From positions 20,398,001 through 20,462,000 of the forward strand of contig CM022671.1 in the NCBI GenBank assembly GCA_012295275.1: a DNA stretch of 64,000 bases, written 5' to 3'. The notes beneath the pieces are model-generated. The model did no database searches. It worked only from the letters and a program-made list of their open reading frames with translations, and was not told where the DNA came from. A program made the position numbers and the translations under genes. This document shows positions 25,258 through 41,766 of the stretch, piece after piece (the stretch's first letter is position 1; every line of letters starts with the position of its first letter). Source of the stretch: Chrysomallon squamiferum. Its lineage: Eukaryota; Animalia; Mollusca.

Positions 25258-26906
25258 AATACTTTACCGTATATGGTAATTGTTTCAGTGAGTGTTAAGA
25301 AGGTGAACGCTACTATCAGGTTGAAAGACCAGTTAACACACAAAGCTATACCATTGCATGTACTTCTAGCCCAGAGAGGGTAGATCTCAGAATTGATAGT
25401 CAGCGGCATCGGCCCAAGACCTATAATAATAATAATAATAGTAATAATAATAATAATGAAAATAACAACAACACCAGTAATAACAACAACAATAATTAGA
25501 AGAAGAAGAAGAAGAAGAAATCAAAATAAAGGGGGAAAAAAAAAAATCCATACCTGGAGCAAACGAAAAAACAAATAAAACCATCCCTAGAACAGCCATC
25601 CACATATAATTACTGGGACAAAAATCGACGAAATAAAACGTCGAATGTGATTGGTCTGTTTCATTGCAACGCCCAAATTGAGATCTCGCGTTATTGTCTT
25701 GGAATACAGGCAGGCACGAACCGTCTGTAACGGTGTCGTAACAAAATCCACAGTTCGAGTTGTTAATGCAGCTATCACAGTTTCTGTCAAAGATATTCAT
25801 TGATTATTATTGCTACTGCAACATTATTAATCGTAGTAGCGGTATAGTGGTTAGTAGTACTGCAACAAGAACAAAATCTATTACTTGCATTATTACAGCT
25901 GTCACTATTATAGTTGTTGTCGTCGTTGTCGTTGTTGTTGGTGGTGTTGTCACGGATATTAATTAATATCTTAATCATACACAGTGTGCTGTTATAATGA
26001 TTCTTCGGAGTTATTATTTATAATAGTAGTAATAGTAGTTTTAGAGGTGGTGGTGATGTAATCGTAGTGGTAGCAACAACAACAGTAATAATAATATTAC
26101 TACGTGGTTCAGCTTATTATGGAAATGAGAAGAATAATTAATATAAATTAAATTTTTACAACGACACGAAACGTTTGAATACTAATGATTATTAGGAATC
26201 AGAAGAATGATTCTGCGACCGGCGAGTTGTGTCCCTATTTAAATATTAATGAACCTACCTATATAGAGCGCAAGACGAATTGTAGATTGTTCCGTTGCTA
26301 AACCTCTCTGTCACGTTTACTGGCGGAGCGTTCATCGAAGCCAGCTGGAAACCAACGGCGAGAACGACAAGAGCCAGACCAATACCTATAAACAAAAACA
26401 AAATATTTTTTACTTGATAAAACTTTGCATTTGAAATATATATTTTTATATGCCCCAAATATCTTTTATTACTATTTGTACTACTGATATAACTTTGCTT
26501 GTTCTGGATTATTTCACTGAAAAAGGAATAAGACAATGTTTTTTAAAAGTAGTAAATTACATTACCAGCAATGCTGATCAACGTTAGAATCTTCCGCCCC
26601 AGTTTGTCCACCAGCCACAATCCGATGAACGTTGCTATGAAGTTGACACCGTTTGGCAAAGCTACCAACCAGATGGCCTTTTTCGTGTGAAATCCAGCCA
26701 TCTTCATAATGGTGGCACTGTAGTATCTGAAGTTGCAAAAAAATTAATTAATTAATTAATAAATGTAGCACAAAAATCTCGCCGTAATCATAGACTTTAG
26801 CCGGGAAAAATGATATGTAAGTCTTGGAACCCTTAATTATTTTCTAATGTCAACATTTCAAATGATAATGATAATGATAATAATTTTGGTGATGATGAAA
26901 ATGATG

Positions 26907-26952
<46 letters not shown>

Positions 26953-28382
26953 GATTTTAATAATAATAATAATAATAATAAAATGATATTTCAATGAAAA
27001 TGGTGATATATTTTCTGTTGCTGATTGATGTTCCCTTGATCCGGATGAAATGAATTGTTGGTGTTCATTTGTTGTTTGGTATCTGGAATCTGTGGACGTT
27101 TACTTACATTACAGTGTTGATGCCACTCATCTGCTGGAAAAACATGAGCATAGAACCGATGAGAAGAGCACGTCTAACATGGGGTGTGGCACAGATTTTG
27201 GCGATAACAAATCTTCCTGAAAAATGACATACTCTATTTTAACTTTATTATTTTAAAATTACTACGACAACAACTACTACTTCACTGTTGTTACTGCTAC
27301 TTCTACTGCTCTAGTACAACCACTATTACTACTACTGTTAGAACTACTCGAAGGCCTTTTAAGAAATCATGCAAAAGTGGTTATGGACAGGTGACTATAA
27401 TGCAGAGATGTTCGCGCTAAATTTGGATGGTGTGTCTGTGAGTGAGTTTTAGAACCAAGAATAATTGTTCTAGTTCCTTGATGAATTGCACTTTACCTTC
27501 GTTTAAGTTCTCTTCTGCTACTTTTTCTTTGATTTCATTGAATTCTTGGTCTACGTAGGGACTTTCGCGGATCCTCTCAAGCACCGCACGTGCTTGGAAA
27601 TCCTTGTTTTTGCCAACAAGCCATCTGGGACTTTCTGGCAGGAACTCGAAGGCAATAATCTGTAAAACTGCTGCTACTCCAGGCAAGCCAAGCATTAATC
27701 TGGTAAAACAAGAAAATTGTACCGTTATGTGGAATAGAATATCGTATACTGTGTTTAATCATTGTTTCTTTTTATTGTTTTATTCACAAATCTATGTTTC
27801 TAAATATATCAGAGAAATAATGAGAAAGATATCGCAAAAGCCAACATACATGATGTGGTCGTAATCGTAACGATGTCAATGTCTTTATAACGATTTTGTC
27901 ATCGTAAACATTCAGTGGAAAGTATAATAATGCAGCCATGGACATATAGGTACTGTTTGGTTTTAGAGCTATTTTTTCTTGCCAAAATTTGCTCATTGTT
28001 AGAGCAGTTGCCTCTTTGTGTCCTCAGGGTCTTACACACATCGTATATCCTGACCTCCCAATTTGGTTTCAGATAAATGACAACACAAATGCAAGCCTAG
28101 AGGGTAAACATTAAGACACAAATTATATAGACTGCAGAGAATATTCTTACCTCCACCGAATATCCTTATCTTTGATTTCACTGAAGCCTCCAACAATTAA
28201 ACTGGATACAAAAATACCAATAGTTATAAAGAGCTGATTCAGGGTCACTAAACCTCCTCTGCTGTGAGCTGGAGCCGACTCAGCTATATACACTGGTACC
28301 GTGGAAATAGAGAAACCTAGAAAATAACAATTAAAAAAGAATAGTAATAATAAATAAATATGCATGTACAGTATGTATATAT

Positions 28383-28469
<87 letters not shown>

Positions 28470-28935
28470 CAAACAAACAGAGAACATTTAAAAAAAAAGG
28501 TAAATAAACAAACTCACCTATTCCCATACCAACTACTAAACGTCCCAGCAGCAACATTTCTTTACTTGTTGCAGCGCCCATAATAGCAGATCCAATGGCA
28601 AAGACAAGACTAGAAAATATTATGGTCTTTTTCCTTCCAAACAGATCTGCAAAATACCCGGAAGTCAGAGTAAAGACTGCGGCAGATCCAACAGTGGCAC
28701 TCACGATGGCTTCAGTCCAAATTGTATCCAGTTTGAAATGGTGTTCTATCAGCAACATGGCCCCAGATACAACGCCTATATTGTATCCCAGAAGGAAACC
28801 GCTGATCGTTGAAGACATTGTTAAAAGACGTACAAAACATGTTGTGTTTTGTTTCGTGTAGGGTATAGTCTTCACCTGATCTTTAGCCCTTTCATTTTCG
28901 TCTGGATTCAAACTCTTGTACGACACCACAGACAT
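24975..28935 (-). CDS. SLC2A13: Proton myo-inositol cotransporter-like (HMIT/GLUT13), copy A, ~564 aa, 9 exons, TM1 Asn variant
   Basis: Exons 28935-28518, 28316-28151, 27699-27497, 27216-27108, 26726-26566, 26385-26259, 25783-25554, 25420-25268, 25102-24975 (1695 nt, in frame). Sugar-porter motifs DLFGRKK, PESPRWL, QQMSGIN, PETK, plus the HMIT-type Cys-rich loop (CDSC..CGFC..GSC..GRC..FCPS). Confidence 0.92.
25178..25253 (+). repeat. (GA)n microsatellite; paralogous tract at 32906-32972
   Basis: Direct reading; same intron in both SLC2A13 copies. Confidence 0.95.
28384..28464 (+). repeat. (GA)n microsatellite; paralogous compound (GT)n(GA)n at ~36216-36314
   Basis: Direct reading; intron 1 of both copies. 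Confidence 0.95.
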
Positions 28936-29859
28936 AATTACTGTAATAATTTAGAGTGGATTTTTGTCGTACTTCGATCCGATATACTGTTTTAAAACAT
29001 CTATGTTTTCAAAGTCCACGTAAGTTTTCGAAGGTGATAAACGCATGACGATTAAAATTTATACTCAGACGTACTGATAATATTATCTCTTGTTTGTTTT
29101 TCTTTCAGTCAAATTACATGCCACGGCACGTCATGAAACAAGCCTATTCTATCCATTTACATTATGCGGTACATTTCTCAAATGAAAAGTAATCCTTTTC
29201 CTTGTTTGTTACGATAGTAAACCTACTACGCCAGAATTTATCGATCTTGTTTTGTGTATATTATTTTAACCACCACCCATAAAAAAACAAACAAAAAAAA
29301 CAAACAAAACAAACACAGACACAACGATAAAATGTTCATATCGAAACTAGAAATTAGTCCCCAGTAGCTTCCGTATCGTAAGTTTTATTTCGATTATAAC
29401 CACTGTAAGTGTAAATAAAGCTTATTTTTGTAATTTCTTTTGTTTGTGTTTGTTATTATCTATTTGATCTTGACTAGGAATAAAGGAATGTGACTTTTGC
29501 AAATAAGAGAAGTTTAAATTAAACTACTGTCAGTTAAATATTCTGGATTCAGTTAAATGTAGCATCCAAGTACATGGTAACATTGATGAAATAATTTAAA
29601 ACAGGTTTATATTGTGTCACGGTATATATTTAATTAGTTGAGAGGCCTTCTTTTGTCACTAAAATTTTAATATTTGACATAATGTTATAGTAATATCTAA
29701 TATAAATGTAAACAGAACGTATGAGTGTGGGTGCATTCTGATTGTTATACCATTTATTATTTCCAATTCAATTATTCACTTCTTAACTTTAATTTTTATA
29801 TTCTGAGTATTTATTTTTAATTTATTTTTAATTAATTAATTTATTTATTCATTTATTAC

Positions 29860-29900
29860 TGTTGTTGTTGTTGTGGTTATTATTGTTGTTGTTGTTGTTG

Positions 29901-29935
<35 letters not shown>

Positions 29936-29982
29936 TATTATTATTATTTATTATTATTATTATTATTATTAATATTATTATT
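29860..29982 (+). repeat. Compound (GTT)n/(ATT)n microsatellite
   Basis: Direct reading; much shorter at the paralogous site ~37760. Confidence 0.9.
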
Positions 29983-31064
29983 AAAATAGGATAAGTAAAA
30001 TACCTAAACCATAAGATTTTTATTTCAGCCCAATCAATATAATTTCATTTGATTAAATATAATTAAAAATAGGAGTCCCATATGAGTTGTTTCTTTGTGT
30101 GGTATATTTGAAAACTAATTTCTGAACTGCAGTCTTTCGATCTCTTTAGGCATTATATTTATTTTTATATTTTGATCACTTTTCACTGGGGTAAAAAACC
30201 AAAAAAACCCCACAAAAACAACTAACAACAGCAACATCCGTAAAATAAGGTCTTATTTCACAAAATTAACTTAGTATTTTAATAACTTTAATTAATTAAT
30301 TTATTTATTTATTTATTTATTATTATTTATTTATTTATAATTGTTTTGTTTTTTTTAGTCTGTGTCTCTAATTATTAAACATTTGATTCAATGTAAGTTT
30401 TAAAATTCAAAAATTAACTATTAGCTGGTGTCAGATTTATTTTGTTTGCTTATGACAGAAAAAACGAAATGAATGCTTAATACTGAAGCTTAAATATATT
30501 AACTGTTTATACTGTTTTTATATCTGCTGCTGCCATTTTCTTGGTTATTCTTTTCAATTAGCTGCTAGAGATATTTTATGTATACCATCTCATAAACTGG
30601 GAAAAGACATAAAACATTTTTGAACAGGAAACAGCTTAATGGGAACACTAAAAAGAACTGAAATTGAATGATATTTTATTGTAAGATACAAAAGTCAATG
30701 TACCATATCGCATGTTTTAATGGCCATCCATAACATTAGCAAATAAATAAATAGTTATTGCAAATCCATAAATAATTTTTAACATAAAGCATTAGATATT
30801 TGAAATACTAAAATTTGGAACTGTAGTGAAGAATGATGCAGGCATCTTTATTGTTAGTTGTTTTTTGTTTTCTTTTTCTTTATCTCTTCAGTTATTTTTT
30901 CTTTTTTCAAAAAACCCAATATATATTCACATTTCCAAATTGTATTTATTTATTTATTTATTTACAGCATACAAATATCTTAAACTTCAATTTTCAAATT
31001 TATAAAAAGAAGAAAACCAGTTGCACAATATCATTAATTAATAATAATAATAATAAGTGATAAA

Positions 31065-31102
<38 letters not shown>

Positions 31103-32507
31103 AATTGAAATCTAGACAAAAATATTTCTAAATTTTAGAAGTATTTCACTTGTTTGTGATACCTGAGTATTTACGATTTGTTTATTTTTATGGCTATTTC
31201 AAAATTCACTAACCATATATCACATTATCTGAATAATTCTGTATTGGTAATATACATCTAATGCATAAAATTAAATATACAAAACATAATGTCAGTATAA
31301 CGTGCATTAACTGACGTCATGAAAATTATATTATTTATATGATATCTAAAATAATTACAGTTAAATTTATGGTGTATTAAAATTATTTATTTATGCTTGG
31401 ATTCTGCTACATATGAATATATACAACACTTTTGTGTTTTACCTTTGCAGTATTGTTTGTTTTTGTTTTTAAACAGGAAAGAAATGAGTAACAGCAATCT
31501 CATTCAGGAGAATTCAGTTTAGAAGTAATAATAATAATAATAGTATTAATAATAACATTAATAAAATAGTGTGAGTTAATACACTGTAATATAAATTGAA
31601 CTGATTTTAAACACTACATAAACTGGAATAATAATAATGCTAGTTGCATTAATATGAACAATAAAAATTTAAATAATATTAAAAGATATAAACTGAAATA
31701 ATAATATAACTTATTAAAAATGGTATAACAGTTTTAAAAAATCGTAGTAACTAATAAAAAAAATCACATTCTAGAGATAATTCCTTAAAAAAAAAAAAAT
31801 AATAATAATAACAGTTATAAAATATATCTTGTAAACATCAACAGATGAATAGTAAGAAACAATTTATTATCATAATTATACGTTTATTTATTTTCGCCAA
31901 AACAATTTATTATTATAATTATACATTTATTTATTTTCGCCAAAAACATTCAAACACCATTTGGGTTAGCAGTTTTCACATTTTGTAAACTCAGTAGCAA
32001 CTCTCTCTCTTTCACTCTTTGTTTCTCTCTCTCTCTCCGTCACACAAACACACGCACGAGAGACGTTTGTGACAGAGTATAGAGAAATAATAATAATGTA
32101 ATTTAGAACTACACAAATATAAGATGAAAACAAACACATACTGGTAATTATAGAAAGAAATGCATGGTTGTGATTTTTACATTGTATAAGTGATTAACAC
32201 TGCATCTGAACTAAATGACATAATAACTCCAGAGAAAAATTAACGTCCACAAAGATACAAATGAGGGGTAGTCTTTCTTTTTTTTTAAATTTTGGTTCAT
32301 TTACTTTTTTAACACATTACTTCAAAGTGAATGGTTTCAAAACCGTTAAATTAAGTAATATACTCTTGAATTTTAATGGGTTTACATGTGGATTTTAAAC
32401 TAATATTTTTCTTCTTCTGAATCTTAACAAATCTCTTCATTGATTTTAACATTTCTAGACAAAAAAAATGTATGACTAGACAACAGATGAATGTCTAGAC
32501 TAACAGT

Positions 32508-36773
<4,266 letters not shown>

Positions 36774-38966
36774 AATTACTCTTGTAATTTAGGGTGGATT
36801 TTTGTCGGAATTCGACCCGATGTGCTGTTTTTAAAAAAATCTATGTTTTCAAAGTCCACGTAAGTTTTCGAACGTGATAATTAAAACATTACGATTGAGA
36901 CTGCTTACTGAAAGATACTGATAATATTATCTCTTGTTTGTTTTGTTGTTAGTCCAAATCACGTCATGATACAAGTATATGCTATCCAGTTAAAATAAGC
37001 GGTCCTTTTCCTTGTTTGTTACCACAGTAAACCTAACACGACAGAAGTTATCGATTTCGTTTCGTGGACGTCATTTTTAACAACAACAACTAAAAAAAAC
37101 AGGACACACTTGAAAATTAGTCCCAAGTAGCCTACATATCGTAAGTTTTGTCCCAAAACTGAAAATGTTCGATACCTTAGGATTCGCTGGCGTGTAACGG
37201 AGATCTTTTGTCAGTTTGTGTGTTCGCATATATAGCCGGTTCGGCCTTGGTTGTGCAACATGTGTTTCTGTATACTAATTTATGTATTAAATCGTTTGCA
37301 ATAAAGTACAAGCACAGTCTGTTTGTGGTGGCATTTCATTTCCACCTTAAGTGTAAATAAAGCTTATTTTTGCAGTTTGTTATTATTTATTATATCTTGA
37401 CTAGGAATAAAGGAATGACTTTTAAGATAAGTAAAATTTAAATTAAACTAGTGTCAAGATTCAGTTAAATATAGCATCCAAATGCATGGCAATATTGATG
37501 AAATGATTTACAACAGGTTTATATTGTAAGTCACGGTATATATTTAATTAGTTGAGAGGCCTTTTTTGATTATTAAAATTTTAATATTTGTAATAATGTT
37601 ATAATAATATCTAATATAAATGTAAACAGAACTTAAAAGTGTGGGTTCACTCTGAGTATTACACCCTTTTATTATTTACAATTCAGTTATTCATTCATTC
37701 ATTTTATTTTTAATATTTTGAGTTTTTATTTTTAATTAATTAATTTATTTATTCATTTATTGTTGTTGTTATTTAAATGGGATAAAATTTATGTATACCA
37801 TCTTATAAAGAGAGAAACTACACACAACTTGAAAAGAAAACAGCTTAATGGGAGTACTGAAAAGAATTGAAATTCCCTAATACTTGGAAATAAAAAAAAA
37901 AAAATAATAATAATAACCATCATAATTTTAAATGCTTAAACTGACCATCATCCTTACTGCAAATAAATAAATAAACAACAAAAAAAAAAAAAATAAAAAA
38001 AAAAAAATAAATAAATAAATAAATAAAAAAAAAAAAAAAAAATATGAATAATAGTAAATTGTGTTCTAAAAACACAGGACTCTTCAGAAAACTGAGCAGA
38101 ACATAGTTACCATAGCATGGACATAGCAACAACAGAACATCCTAATATCCTGTATGTAAATAAAATAAAAACAAACTATTTTAAATACAATTAATATTTA
38201 TTCAAATTTTCTCTTGAATAATTTTGTTAGCAAAACAATACTCTATTGGTTTAATAAAATCTCACAAAACACATTTTGTATAATTAAATACAAATTTAAG
38301 GGCTAAATAATAATAATCACAATATGAATAACACATTTAGGATTATTAAAAATGAAATGCTTCCAGCACCACAAACAGTTCTAAGAATTTTAATTCTGTA
38401 TCACACTATGACACAAGCTGTAAATGCAAAAACAAACTATGTAAAAAAAAAAAAAATTAAATATGATTCATTTAAATGAAAAAATGTTGGGATGATACAA
38501 TATATTTCAAACTTATTTTTGCCTGATTTAAATTTTCGGCATTAATTCAGAGAACTGATAAGCATTTTTAAAATTTCAGAAATAAAATACTCTAAAATTA
38601 TAGACTTGATTGTTTTGGATAATACAAATATTTAATTTGTATTTATATTATTTTATAATTTAATTCAATTTAATTTTTTATTACATAAATATTATATTTT
38701 TTAATTTATTATATATATTTTTATTAATTTATATTTATGTTTTTATTTATGCTTGCATGTAGGTATAAATTTTTTCTTCTTTTCAAAGTAAACAAATTGA
38801 CTAAAAATAATACAAATAAATGCTAAGTTGTGCGTTCTTAAAACATTTGAAAAAGATAATTTTGCTGCAGAAAATAAATCTGAGTTTTTAAAAAGATTTT
38901 CTTTAAAATCCAGATACAAGATCATCTTTATCAGATTAAACAAATTTTAAATGCTCGACAACAACA

Positions 38967-38997
<31 letters not shown>

Positions 38998-41766
38998 AGT
39001 AAATAATAATAATAAAAATAACAATAATAATAATAAAAATAAAAATAATAACAATAATAATAAAAATAGTTTGATTAAATCTAGAAACAGTTTTCATATA
39101 TATTAAATTTCTACACAAACAACATTTCATTTTTATATTTAGCAATGTAGCTGCCACAAGAAATAACAAAATGCAATCAAGAATATAAGCTAAAATATAA
39201 TAATACTTGGAAAATACAGGCACTTCAGTGATTCAGATTAATACTGTATACAGATAACAAATTTATCATAAAAATATCTTTTTAAAATAAGAAAAAGTAA
39301 AGAAATCAATATTCAGTTCATAGACAAAACATCTACTATAACATATATATATATAATTCATGCAGTGAATCATGATAGGGAGGTAATTTATGTCGATTAA
39401 GGGGCTATAATCAGTGTATTTTTCTAAAACAGAAAAATCTTGTTTGTAAAATTGGAAAAGTTAAGTTTGCTTGTGAAAAATCATATGTCTTTGGTTTAAG
39501 CTAAATACTAATTTTGTTTCATCATTATTAAATCAATAACTAGATATGAGTTGTAAAGTTGATATGATTTTCATCAAAGATTCCAAAAATATATATACAG
39601 AGATCATGATTTTTTTTTTTCAATTGTTATAAAACATTAAATTCAAATTTCCAATAAGAGTATCAAAACAATTTCAACAACATTTTTAAAATCTAATTTT
39701 GTTTTTCACAATTTTATTTTTCATTATCAAAATCAGGAATGTTATAAATGGCACCTCAGTGAATTTTTGTTACATTTCTTGTACTCATCCATAATTATTA
39801 TATCCTCCATAACATAGATTCAGTAAGTTTATATCAGTTCCATTATTTTCTTAATTTTAAGTTAAAAATACATAAACTCTTAGAGAAATATATAATTTAT
39901 TTAAAAAATCAAAATTGTTACAATCTTTATTCAAAAGAAACTTTTTTTTCCTTCTTGTTGTTTTCTTATCATTTGTTCCTGTTTCTGTAGATTTTGGGAT
40001 CAGATATAAAAAAAATTATTAATTGAGATTCTTAATTTATTTGATAAATATTTTAAAAGACTAATTAATATAAGCACCTATATTTTAATAATAATTAAAT
40101 CAAGAACATTATTTTACCAGTGATCCTTTCTTTTAAATGAGTATTTTATGCTCTAACATCAAGTCAGTTCATTGATTTTGTTCTATATTCAGTTTATCAG
40201 ATTGTTAAAAATGTATATATTTGTACTGCAAATCCACAAATATCGTTTAACATAAAACATGAGGTACTGTAAATGCTAAACTTTGGAACTATAATGAAGA
40301 ACGATGCAGGCATCTTTATTGTTAATGCATTTTATTTATTTTTTTCTTATTTTCTTCATGTTTTTTTTAATTTCCCCCCAACAAAATATATTCATATTAC
40401 TGAACCATTACTGGCATTTATTTATTTATTTACAACAGATAAATCTTAAACTTCCAAAAAAATAAAGAACAAAACTAGTTGCACACTATCATTAATTAAT
40501 AAATAAAGAAATTTAAAAAATAAAAAAAATATTGAAGTTTAGACTAAAATATTTCTAAATTTTAAAATACCTGAGTATTTACGATTTGTTCATTTATATT
40601 GCTGTTTCAAAATTCACTAACTACATATCACATTATCTAAATAATTCTGTATTGGTAATATACATCTAATACATAAAGTTAAATATAACAAAATACAATG
40701 TCAGTATAAAGTACATTAAATGATGTCATGAAAAGTATATTATTTATATGATATCCAAAATGATACACAGTTAAAATTAATCATTTATAGTTGGATTCTG
40801 CTCCATATAAATATAAACAACACTGTTGTGTTTTACCTTTGGAATATTGTTTGTTTTTGTTTTTAAACAGGAAAGAAATGAGTAACAGCAATCTCATTCA
40901 GGAGAATTCAGTTTAGAAGTAATAATAATAATAATACTATTAATAATAACATTAATGCTAATTGAATTAATATGAAGAATAAAAATTGAAATAACAATAT
41001 AAACTTTTTAAAATGGTGTGATAGGTTTTAAAAATTGTAGTAACTAATAAAAAATCACACAGAGAAGTTATTCCTTTTAAAAAATAATAGTTATAAAATA
41101 TATCTTGTAAACACATCTAATATATATATATATGTATATATATCCACACACACACACATATACATGCATACACATATGTATGCATGTATTTGTTTTTAAA
41201 AAAACAGCAAAAGAAAGATTACAAACCATAAGGCATTTTTTTGTTTTTACCTGACACCAATATACTATTGTATACACATGTATTTAATTAGTTTTGTAAT
41301 ATTAGTTTACAAAAACTATGATAAAGATATATTATTTTAATGACAAACAATGAATTTCACTTGCTTGAATATATGGAAATATGTTATTTTCAAATCACTG
41401 TATTATAATCAAATACATAAATAAAATCTAAAGACAATTATAACAGATCTCTAAGTATTCCATAAATTTAAAAAAAAAAAATTAAATTTATATTTATCTA
41501 ACATTCATAAAACAGTTTAAAAAAAAAAAAAAAATAAATAAATAAATAAATTAAAAATTAAAATGTCCATATCTAATTATAATAAAAAACAAAATTTTAA
41601 AATTGCCTTAATTTTTTTTTTTTTTTTTTACAAAAGTAAGTCAAGGCAACAGATTTCATTCTATAAGAAATTTTGAACTTTTTTCTTAATCCTAGCAATC
41701 AAATCTGCAAAAAACCAAACAGTCACTGAGCTAAACACTGTTTCATACCAAATATCATCAAGTCCT

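Noticed and set aside
25393-25978. Low-complexity ORFs (poly-I, poly-V, poly-N, SLSL, RERE) here and elsewhere in the ORF track
   Set aside because: Translations of microsatellites or antisense frames of real exons.
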